DNA of 64,000 nt. Source: the human T2T-CHM13v2.0 reference genome, Homo sapiens. Position numbers and translations under genes: made by a program. Below the pieces are notes generated by a model that did no database searches, had not been told where the DNA came from, and was given only the letters and a program-made list of their open reading frames with translations. Below, piece by piece: positions 1 through 15,165 of the stretch (the first letter of the stretch is position 1; each line of letters opens with the position of its first letter). The stretch lies in assembly GCF_009914755.1 (NCBI RefSeq), contig NC_060932.1; one strand, written 5' to 3'.

Positions 1-771
1 ATCTTGAGCAAGTTACACCAATCTATATTATCTTGGCAATAAAAAACCTTAGGCCTTAGAGAAGAGACTCTTTTTCTTCCTTTCGTCTTCTTCTTCTTCT
101 TCTTTTTTTTTTTTTGACACAAAATGTTTCTCTATTGCCTTCATCTAATGAGATAAATGTTTGGAAGAGTCAAAGCTTTTCCTAGGATGAGCCACTCATC
201 TACTCAGCCTCCTCTGACTGTGGCAGCACATACAGGTGCCCATGAGAAGGTTGGCCTGATCTTGGTAATATCAGTCTTAAAGGAGGAGAAAAGAATTTTC
301 TTGTTGAATACCTGCTATGCACTAGACACTAAAGGCTGTTACAGATGTACTCTCAATTAATTCTTACTCCAAACGCATAAGAATTTTTTTTTTAAATTTA
401 AATTTTACAGCAAAAAAAGGCTAAAATGTAGACACAATGAAGACTAGATTTAAAATCAGCTCCCTCTGAGTCTATGCATGATTTTTCATGTTTTGTTTTC
501 CTAGGAATGCATTTCCTGTTTCATTAATTACTAAACATCAATACATTTACTAATATTCCTTTTTTGGTTTATGTACTATTTTTATTTCTTCCCCAATTAT
601 AGTTGGAATGAAAAAAAATCTTATTTTTTTTACCTTATACAGCATCACATTGACTTTTTAAGCAATCTTTCTTATAACTTACTCATACTTTCTAAAATGT
701 GTACTCCACATATTGACTTTTAATCACGTTGAACAACTTCTGGTCATAAGTAAACTGTTACTTCTTCAAAA

Positions 772-1003
772 ATAATGGCTAATAAGTATATATAGGTTTT
801 ACTACATTCCAAGAACAGCTTTCAACATTTAACATATAACTTCTCATTTAATTATTTACCAAATCCCATGATGTAGGTACTATTACACCATTTTACAAAT
901 AAGAAAACTGCAGCAATAGAAATTTATGATGACCAAGTGAAGGGCCTGTATCAAGTCAGGTGACCTGCCTCCAAAGTCCACATGTTTAAACTCCTATATT
1001 ATT
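772..1003 (-). mobile_element. MIR SINE
   Basis: Reverse-complement MIR core (gtaggtactattacaccattttacaaataagaaaactg ... ccaaagtcca). Confidence 0.75.
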
Positions 1004-1525
1004 CTTCCTCTTCTTAATTAATGGGTTGCCAAGTCCTTATTGTTCTCTCTTCAGAGATATATAAATTTAATGCCAGCCTCCATTTCCCAGGAAGAATAAT
1101 AGGACCTATCAGAGAAACACTGTGGAAGATGAACTGAATTTAAGTAGTGAAGTTTGGAAACACTGACAAATCTTTAAATTATCCTTAGTGCCTTGAGTCT
1201 TCTGCATCTATAGTTTGTAAATTATATACGGTACAACTTTTATTATAAGAATTCAATAGGAATTCATATTCAATTCAAATTTACTTAGTCTTCACTAAAA
1301 CTAATAGTAAAACAATGGAGGAATTTTGGGGCATTGCTACTAGTTGGCATTTGCATCTTTTTCTAGGTCTCTGATCTTTCAGATCAAAAGGAAGACAGAA
1401 TGTAGTATTGGAAAGACAGAATCAATGGGTCAAGTCCTTGCCAATCTTGAACTCGCCAGTGACAGTGGTATGACAAGAGACACATCTAAACCATTAAGAT
1501 CTTTGGGTCTTAAAGTTGAAAAGAC

Positions 1526-1835
1526 CCATTATCTTAAGTGAAACAACTCAGAAACATAAAATCAAATTTTTCATGTTCCCACTTACAGTTGGGAGCTAAA
1601 TAATGAGTAGAAACGGGCAATGGACATGGAGTGTGGAATAATAGTCATTGAAGACAAGGAAAAGTGGGAAGGTGGGAGTGGGGAGAAGGATGAAAAATTA
1701 GTTAATGGGTATAATGTACACTATTCAGGCGATGGCCACAATAAAAGCCCACACTTCACTACTATGCAATATATTCATGTAACAAAACTGTACTTGTACC
1801 CCTTAAATATATACAAATTAAAAAAAGAGAAAAAG
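1526..1835 (+). mobile_element. L1 3' end (L1PB/L1MA-type)
   Basis: Typical 3'UTR (gggtataatgtacactattc, atgtaacaaaactgtacttgtacccc) and A-rich tail; possible TSD aaaagaccca/aagagaccca. Confidence 0.85.
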
Positions 1836-2934
1836 AAGAGACCCAAAGAGAAAGAAGATGGTAGTATATTCTGAGTGTAAATAGGATATGGGGGCTTCAC
1901 TAAGAAAATTAAGCAAGATGAATTACTTTTTTAATAGACATTTTCTGGTACCATGTTTACAGAGATGTGTAACATAACATTTATTCAAAAGACTAGTTCT
2001 GCTTACTTTGAATTAGTCCTTCTACATATTCTAATTCTTTTGATACAGTCAATTATTCAAAACTTGTATCAGATCAGCTGCATCTTTCAGTAGAAATTTG
2101 CTTTTACCTTCATGACATGTAACTCAAAGTTTATGAGAGGCTTTCGTTGATATTAAGAATTTTGTTTTGAAAACATACAGTAAATTGCACAAAAATGATC
2201 TTAAATTTTTCTGATCTAATTCTGGAAATAAGTTCCTGTGTATTTTTCCTATTGTTCTGAGAATATGTGGAAAATGATGCAGAATTTAATGGATGAAAGG
2301 ATTTAGTGTATAGTCTATTTCCTTGATATTTTTGTGCTTGGAAATCTCTTAGCATTACAGCTATTTCTGATTTTGAAATGGGATGTATAAAATTTTAATT
2401 CAAATGTAATTCTCTCTGTTGACTTGTTATGTGAGTGTGTGCTTGAAGATTGTAAAGGCCAGACAGCTTAAAGTATATATTGCTCTGAAATTTGTTTGTT
2501 ATATTGAGAATAAAGATCTATGTAGGCTTCTGTATTGGTCACAGAATGAAAGGTTTACTTACCAAGTAAATTTCTCTGATGATTCAAGCTATCCTTCAGG
2601 TTTTGTAACACTTATCTTTCTTTTTCCCTGTTCCTGGGGTTCTGGTTCTTGTTTCAGCTTATCTCTTTTATTCAGTATCAATTCCATATAAGCACATTTG
2701 GGAGTGTCTATATTACCAGGTAGCCATACTCTCTCCACTTTTCTGTACCAAGATCACAGAACAAGGAATTAGCTGAAAATTGTAAGAAAGCATTATTACT
2801 GTAAAATGTGCTATACTATTATTCTGTTAAATTCTAAAGCTTTCAAATGTTAGCCCACACAAGGAAATACATAAACAAAACTTAGTAGTAAAATGATTGC
2901 ATTCTGTCTCTTTTCTTTCCTCTTGAAGACTTTC

Positions 2935-3462
2935 ATGTCACTTTTTTTGTTTAAAATCTTCCAATCTCTGCCCACTGCACCTTGAATTAATCTAATCCTT
3001 TGAGATGACCTCCAAGGTTCCATGTGATCTGGCCCCTTAGACCTCATCTCTGCGATTCCCCCATCACTCACTGTGCTCCACTACACTGATTCCTCTTCCA
3101 TTCCTTAAACATGCTGAGCTCTTTTCTGACTCGGGGTCTTGGTATTTGTTATTCCCTCGAGCCAAAATATCTTCTCTCAGATTTTCTCACCATTCATGTT
3201 TTAGCTCAAATATTACTTTCTCAGAGAAGCTTTAATTATCCACTCACCTTAAAATAATTGCCATCTCCACCCTAGGTCACCTTACCCATTTAAAATTATA
3301 TTTTTTATTTATTCCCCTCTCTGCGCTCTTCTCTCTACACTGTATTTTAAGTTCCATGATATCAAGGATCTTGTAATTTATATTAATCTTTGTATTTCCA
3401 ACTTTGAGAATTCTTCCTAGCATATAGTAAGTGTTGAATAAATACTTGAGTGGATGAATGGC
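2935..3462 (+). mobile_element. L2 LINE 3' fragment
   Basis: L2a-like body (tgatctggcccc, ctcaaatattactttctcagagaagc) ending in catatagtaagtgttgaataaatacttgagtggatgaat. Confidence 0.75.
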
Positions 3463-5264
3463 TAAAGTAGTCACAACATAACTTATGCTTTACGTAGCGG
3501 TACTTGAATCAGCTTTGCGTTTGGGCATGATTTGTGCAAAGGTTATAAAATAGCTTTAACCAAAGGAGACAAAATGAGAAAAATGGCTTTTGAAAGGACT
3601 GTATTTATTATGTGACTAAGGAGCTGACAACAGTCTTCTTGATGAAATAAAAATTCACAAAACGGTTCAAGGGGCAAAAAGGAAATTTAATGTAAATTGT
3701 GTGGTAATACCTCTGAAAATTAGAGATGAAGTAAAATTAGACTAATTGCATACAGAAGTTTCTTTGTTTGACTATAATTATTATTTGGAATCACCTATGC
3801 CCTGAATCTATCTTACTCGATTTCAGGAAGAGAAAGGCAATTACTTGGGCACAAATGCATTTTGTTCCTTTCTTACTGCAGAGCTCCAGTGCTTTTGGTT
3901 TGATAAATTGCCTAAACTACCCGGCTGGCTTGAAGAGAAAGTTATGTTTTTACATTTATATTAAACAAAGAAACTCATGCTTTAAAAATAAATCATCACA
4001 TCTGATGGTATTGCCTCTCTTTCATTTGTTTGCTATCAAGTATGAGTGAAAGGTTACATGCGAAACAATCTCAGGGGTGCAATTTACACTTCCAGGTAGC
4101 AGTAAAGCCTTGTAACCAATAACCATCACAAACGGAGGAGCTGTCAGAGACCAAATTTATTGCTTCCATTCCCGAAGTCCTTTTGTTTTTAGAAGACACT
4201 GAAATATGTTCTCTTTTCTTAGCTCATGAGAATGTCTAAGATGTCCTTTGACCTGTCTTTTGGCACCATATGATAAATACAGAAAAAACAACCTACCTCC
4301 TTACAATCACATTTTGGAGGAAAGGGAGTGGGCACATAGAAATTATACTGAATGACAATAACCGTATTGTCATAGAGCTTTTAAAATTTGGTGCAGAACT
4401 TTAAATAAGACCATGGAAGATTCAGCATAATTTTTGGTGGGCAATGTATTCTCACTACAAACCTTCCTTGGGGAAAAAAAATATATATATATATAAACTG
4501 TGGTAGGTTTGTCTTCAGCTTGCCTAACATGCTATCATACCTGGCTGGGTGCTAGTGTCTTCCAGGACCTTGAAGTTCACGATGGACTTTTCCTAGATTG
4601 TTCTTCAATGTTTTACTTTTTCTAGTCTTTCTAAATGACTACAACAATAAATGTCCAGCTGTGTGATTTTTAAAAGCTCTCTTGGTTTTTCTGGACCCAA
4701 ATGCTCTCCTTTGCAGGACATTGCTAGTAAAGACATTATCCAAGATCTTTCCCAGCTCTAAAATGAAATGGCAAAGTAATTAATGCCATTCTCCTTAAGG
4801 TGCAGCTGTTTTCCGATAGGATTTGAGTAATATTAATTTACGTAACCTATATTTTTGTCATTTTTCAGTCAGAAAGAAGTAGATTAACTGTGTTTTGTTA
4901 ATTTTTGTAAGCAATCTTTACTAAATGAAAGAAGGCATTCAGGATGAAAACATTATAAACGCAGCAAGGATTCTTTCTTCCACACAGTCGGCATTTCAAT
5001 ATGGCAAACAGCAGTGGGGGTGGGGGCCAGTGAAGGAGGCATCAGATTCTATTAATTGAGGAGGTGAGGTCATCCCTGGGAAAGAACTGGCCCTGAAGGA
5101 AGGTGTCAGGGAAATAAATTTTTCCAAGAACAAAACCTTTGGCATTAGAGGAAATAGCTTATTCTTCAGACAGTGTATCAATTTTCATTTGTTCCCATTT
5201 CTGATCCATGGACATATCCCTGTGTGTTAAGAATAAAACATACAGTAATGAAAAATAGACTTAT

Positions 5265-5385
5265 TCAGCTACTCAGGAGTCTGAGGTGGGAAGATTGCTG
5301 GGGCCCAGGAGTTCAAGGCTGCAGTGAGCTATGATTGCATCGCTGCACTCCAACCTGGGCAACAGAGTAAGACACAGCTCTTAAA
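5265..5385 (+). mobile_element. Alu monomer fragment (FRAM or AluJ right arm)
   Basis: cagctactcaggag...gagttcaaggctgcagtgagctatgattg...ctgggcaacagagtaagac. Confidence 0.85.
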
Positions 5386-6676
5386 GTGATAATAGATTTA
5401 CCTGACTAAAATCTATAAACTGTTGGGACATAAAGCATCCCACCTTGACCCCCACCAGTAAAATATAACAAAAAGGCTGATATTATTTGATCTATTACCA
5501 TAGTAATAGACTTTGAGGACACCATATATTGGTCCTGCTTTCTAGCATGCAATGGTAGAGCACCATTAACAACCAGTGGGAGTTAATTTCTTCTTGAGAA
5601 TATGTAAAATATCTTCTGGGAATTCCTCAAACACTTGAGGGTGACTGAGGGAAACTTTTCACAGGGCTGAAGTTCAGCCTTGTGAGTGTTTCTGAGCCAG
5701 TAAAATTGCAGTTTTTGTTGTTGTTTTTTACAATTCATCAGACCCGATTAGAACGTTGTGAAAGCTCAGGCAACTAATATATACATGAATCCCACTTGCC
5801 AAAAACCTGGAGCAGCGAATTTAATGCAATGAGATATGTTTCTTCAAAGCTTAGCAATAGATACTCAGATGTTTGAAGAAAAAAATTTAGATTTACATCA
5901 TTTAAATACTAAATTTTTGGGCCGCAGAAATTGATGTTGTGTCATTTTTGCGGTAATTGCATAAACCATTGCCTAGAGTGATATGGCATCTAAAATATCT
6001 GAAGATCACTTGTAAAATATACATTAGAGCAGATGGCCATGAGGAGAGCCAGTTGGACAGAATAATAAACAATACAAATTAAGAAATTCATAGTTAATTA
6101 AAGAAGATAAGGAGTACTTAAAAAGGACATAAAGACCTAGGGACCTTCTCAAACAAAGAATTAACATGTTGGTGCTATGCCATGCTCTCCTCTTCTTGTG
6201 CAGCTAATGAAAGGACAGTGATGTGCAGAACAGATGAAAATACTTCATTAGAATGCTATCTTCAATAACCCAAATCCCTTGACTCAACGTACAGGGACAG
6301 AGTGTCATAAATTCTTGTGTAATTTGGTCTGGGTATTCCTCTCTTTTATTCTGCTATATGCATTTGGATCCCATTAACTTTTAAAAGGACTTTCATGCAC
6401 AGACGATAATAGGCACATTTATTGGGCACAATGACTTAGTGTACTTTATAGTCTTCAACTCTGGGAAGCACTGCTTTATAGAATGTTAATTCTCAAGGGC
6501 CTTGCCCTTAGCAGGTGCTCTTCAATCAATATTTGTAGAATGAATAAAGAAGATTGTTCAGGGAGAAAAATAAACCGTTTTCCTTTAGATTTAAAAGTAT
6601 TTTACACTTTTATTTAAAGGGTCATCTGCTAAATCTTATCCATTTTTCAAGATCCACTTCAAATTAACATGTATAT

Positions 6677-6985
6677 TCATCATCCGTTCATTCATTTATT
6701 TATTCATTCAACAGTCAACATTTATTGAACACCTACAGGATACTAGCCATTTTCTTATATACAGATTAATAAAACATGGTTTTTATTTTTGATGGATTCA
6801 CTGCTTAAAGGGGCAACAAAATATATAAATAATTTACATAGTACAATGAGAGAAGTGCTATAATAAAAATATGTACAAATTCTAGGTGAGCACGAAAGGA
6901 GAAATTCTATTTTTGCTCAATGGGGGTAAAAGCGAAAAAAGTTTCATGAAAGGAGTCAGAAAAGATAATTTCCAAACTGAATTTC
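6677..6985 (-). mobile_element. L2 3' fragment
   Basis: (ttca)n tail followed by catttattgaacacctac, the reverse complement of the L2 terminus. Confidence 0.65.
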
Positions 6986-6989
6986 AGAT

Positions 6990-7177
6990 GAGGCTTTGGT
7001 AACTCCAGCCTGCAGGGCACATCTGACTCTTGTCTGTTTTGCTGTAACAATACAGCCGTGCCCATTTATTCACCACAATGTCTATGGCTGCTTTCATGCT
7101 ACAACACAGCAGAGGAGTTGAGTAGTTGTGACAGTGACAGTATGGCTGGTGAGGCAGAAAAGACTCTGGTCCTTTAC
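6990..7177 (+). mobile_element. MER58A (hAT-Charlie), 3' end missing
   Basis: tgtctatggctgctttcatgctacaac...gagttgagtagttgtgacag...ctggtcctttac. Confidence 0.8.
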
Positions 7178-8412
<1,235 letters not shown>

Positions 8413-10180
8413 ATGCAAGTGTTAAGTGTGTTTGCTAGTATTTTAAATCTATCTTCTGTGAGATATGTGTTAAATCATTTTGCAAATGAAAGTCACCATA
8501 TAATTTTAGACATTATGATGTCTAATTTTAAATAAATATTGAATTGAAAATCTAAATTTCTCTATCTACCTCCCTCATCTATAGAGCTAGAAATAAGAAG
8601 GGTAGGGGCCAAAATTTACTTGTGATAAGACAGTTCTCTCTATAGTCCTGGTGCAAAATAAGAAGCATCCTTAAAATTCTTTCTGCCCTAAGTTTCATGT
8701 GTAACTCAGGATGAAAAATGAAGTAAGATGTTCTCTTTCTTTGCACTTACAGGAATGCCTGGATCTTTAGACTTTAAAGTCACACTTAGTTCTGGATAAA
8801 TATGACCTTAAATTATTGACCTCTATTATATAAGGCAACAATACTCATTTAAGTTCACCATTGACCATTCAATAGACTTTGGAAAGACACAAATGACCTA
8901 TTCTTAAAAGGTATAATATCCACTCCATTGTCAAATATGCATTTACCTTTCTACTCTCCTCAATCTCTCACATTATTGATGAGTGAATACGGTGAGAATA
9001 AAATGGTGATGGAAAATGTTTTTGCTTAAGTTAACTTCTCTAAACAAGAGAAAATTATAGGTTTTCAAGTTAAGGCAGAACCTGTCTATTTATCTGTTTA
9101 AACTGCAATTCATATGAAATATGGAAAGACTCTTGAGGACTTTGAGTAAAAGCCATCTTTGCATAATGTGATTTCTTATTATTTTTTTCATTAACTCTGT
9201 CCCCTAACATTTAGGATGTTTCTTTTAGAAAGAGTAGAGTTTTGAAACATTGAATATTACTGTGAGAATCTGTTTGTATCAACTGATTTCTAATATTGTA
9301 CCTTGAATACAGACAGGATATAAATCTCCATTACTGAAATAAATGAATGGCATGCTATTAAATATGACAGATTTTTAGAGATGGAATTCTGGTAAGTTTT
9401 CAGCAATGTTTTATGAGATGATTCACTGACATGGGTAATTCAGAGATAGAATAAGAGGCAACAGAATAGCCGAAAGCCTGAAGGGTAATAATGTATTTTA
9501 CCCCCCCGACCCCCACCCCCTACAAGCCTGTACAGGCAAGCAGTGACTGAGCTTTAAGTGATAATGGACATAGTGTTTTCCTACTAGGGCTCCTGACATA
9601 TTTCATGCTGGATAATACATAAATCCGTTCTTGTCTTCATGCAACTAGAATCTAGCCATGAAGAGCAAAGTATGCAGGTTAAAAATAATTGATCAGAATA
9701 TGACTCAGTATTACTAAAACTATCAAGTAGAAGTGCAAACTTATTGATTTTGGTGAAAATAGACATTATAATTATTCCATGTGATTTTTGTTTCAGAGGA
9801 TCATGTTTGTGATGGATTAGATGTTGTAACAAGCAGCATTGGCTTGATCTTGAAGATCACATACCTGATTAATTGATACTGATTTATAAAGGACCAATAT
9901 AATATAGTGAGGATGACTTTTCATTGTATTGAAATATGAAGTAGGTCAAAGCAAAATATAATTGTGGAAATAATCTTGCCAATTATCAGCAAAAATGATC
10001 AGAATGTAATATCTAGGATAAATATCAAATTAAATGACTAATGTCAAAGATTGAAAACAGATTGCATTGTTAGTTATCTATGTATAAAATAACATGGAGA
10101 GCAAAAAAAGATAGTTCATTGGGAATGACAAGTGTGACAATGCTATAGAAAGAAGCAGTTGGGATCTATTCTGTAACCAC

Positions 10181-10557
10181 TGTATTAGTTCATTTCCACA
10201 CTGTTATAAAGAAATACCGGAGACTGGGTAATTTATAAAGGAAAGTGGTTTAATTAACTCACAGTTCTGCATGGCTGGAGAGGCCTTAGGAAACTTACAA
10301 TCATGGCAGAAGGAGAAGTAAACACATCCTTCTTTACAAGGTGGCAGGAGAGAGAAGTGCAAAGTGAAGGGGAAGAGCCCCTTATAAAACCAACAGATCT
10401 CATGAGAACTCACTTGCTATCATGAGAATAGCATGTGGGAACCACTCCTGTGATCTAATCACCTCCCACAAGGTCTGTCCCTCTATACATGGGGATTGCA
10501 ATTTGGATTACAATTCAAAATGAGATTTGGGTGGGGACAAAAAGCCTAACAATATCA
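10181..10557 (-). mobile_element. THE1D/MSTA-type MaLR solo LTR
   Basis: tgtattagt...aatatca termini; perfect 5-bp TSD accac at 10176-10180 and 10558-10562. Confidence 0.93.
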
Positions 10558-10855
10558 ACCACTGTACTAGGACCTTCCTTAAACTGGAGATAGTTCTTAA
10601 ATCAGAGGTGGATGGAATGTTAAGGCAGTTATTTCATAAATGATGACTGTTTAATGAATAAAGGGAATCTGAAAGGTCACCAAGACTAGTTTGTGAAAAG
10701 CAGAAATTTTAAAGTACTTCTAGAAGAAAGGTCCTATCTTCTTTGCTTGTTTTGGGACTTTTAAAAACATTTGGGAATATATGAATTTCAGACAATAAAG
10801 TATTTTCAATATTTTATATGTATTTGAAAGAAACAAATGAGTATGCTAATGAAAA

Positions 10856-11223
10856 TGCAATGGACTGAATGTTTATATGCCCTAAAATTTCATATGTTGA
10901 AATACTCACCTTCAAGGTGATAGTGTTAGGAGGTGGGGCCTTTGGAAAGTGATTAGTTCATGAGAACAGAGCCCTCACAAATGAAATTAGTACCCTTATA
11001 AAAGAGACCCCAGAGAGCTCGTTTACTCCCTCTGCCATGTGAGGACACAGTGAAAAAATGCCATCTATGAACTAGAGAATAAACCCTCACCAGACACTGA
11101 GTCTGCGAGAGCCTTGGTTTTGGACTTCTCAGGCTCCAGAACTGGGAGACATAAATTTCCATTGTTGATAAGCTACCCATTTTGTGGCGTATTTTTTATA
11201 GCAGCCCAAATGGACTAGCAACA
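10856..11223 (+). mobile_element. MLT1A-type MaLR solo LTR
   Basis: tggactgaatgttt...ggaggtggggcctttgg...ccctcaccagacac...atagcagcccaaatggactagcaaca. Confidence 0.9.
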
Positions 11224-12009
11224 ACTACGATAACTTTTAACAGTATACATTTTTTTGACTCAGTGGCAATCTTTAATAATTTCTTGCCTAGCAGCTAAGC
11301 ATATTAAAAACAGTGATTTCTTATAATTGTGTGTCTTTGAAATTTGTAGCACAAACTCTGAAGACTGTTTACTAGGTATAGAGGTGGTGTCCAATAAATA
11401 CTTGTTGGCAGGCTGATTCATTAAACAAGAAATTATAGAATGCCTTTTTAGCATTGTTATTATTCCATTAACTTGAGTTATTGTATTTGGAAGTAATAAA
11501 ATGGCATGTCTTTTATGCTTTAAAATTAATATTTTTTCTCATTAATTCATATGGGCTTTCTCCACATTTGATTAGAATCAATACAGTTTTCCTCTATGCT
11601 TGGGAGAGAAGCAATATGAACACAATTTAGAAAATCATAATATTTAAGATAGCTCTAATATGATTTTTGCTTCTTGTTTCTGCTTGAGAATAGACTACAC
11701 AGACCTTGTGGATCCATGCAAACTATTCCTTTTAATCATACTTTAATTATCGATTTATTTAGTCAGTTATCAGTTATTTAGTAGGCATTTCTATGTGCCA
11801 GGCGTGCAATAAACACGAAGTTCTTCAAGTAATAGGTGAGTGCAAAACTACTACAGAAAAATTTGTGCCCTCCAGAACATGGATCAGGTGTTTTGAGAGA
11901 ATCAGAACTATAGGCAGGAGTCTCCAGTGTGACCTAGGAGCAAGAGGTAAACAAAATTGTCAAGGTAGGAGCTGATGGGCCTGAAGTTGACTTCTGGAAG
12001 CTTGGTCCC

Positions 12010-12295
12010 TTTCTACATTTTTGTCATCACACCTAGCTGTGAGGTCTTCACACACAATTTCTTTTGCCTGGAGTTCTCATTTTCCCTCTTTTTCCAAATT
12101 CCCTATTATGATCAAGGTCTCAATTTAAGTTTCACACCTTCTGGGAAGCCTTCCTTGAACCTCTAGCCTTACCTACACTGAATTAGGTCCTTCTGATATA
12201 TGAGAATGGCACCCTTTGTTTCCTTTGTCATTTCAATTTTACTAAAATTATCTCATTTCTAAATACTTGTTTGATGACTATTTTTCCTCCTTTCT
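12010..12295 (+). mobile_element. L2 fragment
   Basis: tttgcctggagttctc...tcacaccttctgggaagccttccttga resembles the L2 3' region. Confidence 0.55.
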
Positions 12296-12304
12296 GAAAA
12301 GACA

Positions 12305-12690
12305 CTATTGGTCAGGATAGGCAGTTTATTAATTCTGAAATTTCAAGTACTTAAAACAACAAAGGTTTGTTTATTGTTCATGCTTTGTTTTTAGTGCAGG
12401 TCAGCCGCAGATTCAGCATTATATGATTATTCAGGGACTTAGGATAATTCAGACAGGCTCCATTATAAAGAACAGGTGTTTTCTTTTTTTCTTTCCTTTG
12501 TGTGTGGGTTTTTTTTTTCTCTTTCTTTTCTTGGTCAGGAGCAGAGAGGCTGGAAAATCACCTGAGGGCTTCCACTGTTCCTTGGCTAGAACTAGCCACA
12601 TAGTCCTGCTTAATTGGAATGGGATTGAGAAATACAGTTTTCCATGTGCCCCGAAGGGAAGAGAACTTGCCATTGGTGAAAAAAGGTAAT
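12305..12690 (-). mobile_element. Old MLT1 (J/K-like) LTR
   Basis: tcaggatagg, cttaaaacaacaaaggttt, ttggctagaactagccacatag and tgagaaatacagtttt motifs. Confidence 0.6.
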
Positions 12691-12834
12691 CACCTTTGAA
12701 TTGAAAACATTAGAAGAAACAATGGTAAGAGGGAAATAAAGCCCCAAATTATTGTCAAAATTGAAAAAGCACTTTTAGCTATTCCAATTAGCTTTGGTCT
12801 AATTATACCACACAACTGCTAAAAAGATTTGCCA

Positions 12835-14600
12835 TTGGGATTGCTAATCCATTTTCAGTGATTATTGAATAATTGTGCAGAGTAGAAGAAGGTTAAGAAA
12901 AATTGAGAGGAGAAGGTATAATCCATTTTCTAAACATTTATGGAAAGTGGATTTCTGCAGATGAAAAAATCAGTGGAGTATTGGATGGATTGTTCATGGA
13001 AGGTTGTGGAAAGTGTAGTCCACAGACAGATGCTTATCTGTAGACTGTTTATTACTGCTCCACGTGATAAAATAAGAAAGACAGAGTAAGCATTTAGAAA
13101 TTTGGTAGACATTTGTTAGAGAATTTTATGACTATTGAATTTAATAATAATTTGAAATAATGTTTTAAAACTTAAAATAATTAAAAATGCACTGTATTCT
13201 GTATGTCTTTGGGTTTTTTGTTCTTTTATTTTTATAACAATCATTTTATTTTATGAAAATTTAATTCTTGATAGCTTGAAAATTACAAAGAACAAAACTT
13301 ATTCATTACCAGATTGTGAAGCACTGATTTGAGCATTTACTGAAGAAAATGAAAAAAAAAAAAGTGATCACTGGGAATTAGCATGGGTTGATATTAAGAG
13401 AACAACTAATATCAGACTAAATTTATTTTTCTTTTTAACAACTGACTAATCTAGAAATACCAGGAAAACATAGTGTATCTAGCGTACAGACAATTTTTCC
13501 ACTCTACGATGGTGTGAAAGTGATGCATATTCAGTAGAAACCATACTTCAAGTGCTCATACAACCATTCTGTTTTTTCTCTTTTAGTACAGTAGTCAAAT
13601 TGCATGAGATAGCCAACACTTTATTATAAACGGTCTTTGTGTTAGATAACTTTTGCCCAACTGTAGGCTAATGAAAGTTTTCTGAGCATGTTAAAGATAG
13701 GTTAGGCAAAACAATGTTCGGTAGATTAGGTGTATTAAATGCACTTTTGACTTAATGGTATCTTCGGTTTATTATGAGTTTATTGAGATGCCATTCCATC
13801 AGAGGTCAAGGAGCATCTCTATATGGATTTTGGCACATGACAAGTTTTCTCACAATATGTTTTTTGGAAAAGGTGTTAAACTATGGGCTAAGTGCTGGCC
13901 TTATTAAGTGGATTATTGATTAAATAATTATGTCCAAAGATCTGGTTTATGAGTCGGTGAATACCACTCCAGTTACTACTCCATTATTTCCTGTACACTC
14001 TATCTCACCTTTGGTGGCTAAGTCCTAGCTCCTTCCTACATTTGCCATTCTCACTTTTCTGGTGGCACCTTTGCACGAGTTCTGAGATGTAGAGAACAGA
14101 AATAATTAAATAAAACTATTTTTAAATAATTTACAGAAAAAAATGGGAAGACATGCATGTAAAACATGCAATAAGACATTTATATTTCAATTGCCAGAGT
14201 TAAATGTGTAATATGGCTATCAATGAAAGTAATGTTAGACTGGATTATTAGGAGATTTATTGACCTACCTATCAATCAATCTATATTTCACTCTTCTGGA
14301 TTTTTTTTTTTACTACCTAAATATTTTAAGAAATAACATTAAACTGTTGAAACATGTTCAATGAATTTTATTATATACTTTAGTATTAAAAAAGACAGGT
14401 CTAAAATTTGTTTTTGAACCATCCAGTGGTAAGAACAAAGACAGAAATAAGAATCATGGATAAAATAAAAGTAAAGCTGTTTTCCAGGAAAAGCGAAACT
14501 TTTTCCTGAAAGTCATACTTGCTATGTTCTCATAGAGAAGGAATTGTGTGATGTCATCACTGTCCACTAATAAACATGTAAAATCAATACAATGTTGAGT
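12835..14600 (+). mobile_element. L3/CR1 LINE relic, split by MER47A
   Basis: Degenerate CR1 ORF2 motifs in the expected order: IAxPxSxI near 12840, VITGxxHG...QTxL near 13365-13420, V-Y-x-D-F split at 13486/13820, and KLxHVQ near 14340. Confidence 0.55.
13487..13819 (-). mobile_element. MER47A (TcMar-Tigger)
   Basis: ttttgcccaactgtaggctaatg, ttaggtgtattaaatgca and gtcaaggagcatct; flanked by TA on both sides. Confidence 0.9.
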
Positions 14601-14601
14601 G

Positions 14602-14602
14602 T

Positions 14603-14656
<54 letters not shown>
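14602..14656. repeat. (TA)n microsatellite plus T run
   Basis: Directly visible in the sequence. Confidence 0.95.
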
Positions 14657-14694
14657 CTTACTGTAGCTTTCTGGTGATATAGTGAAGCACATCT

Positions 14695-15165
<471 letters not shown>

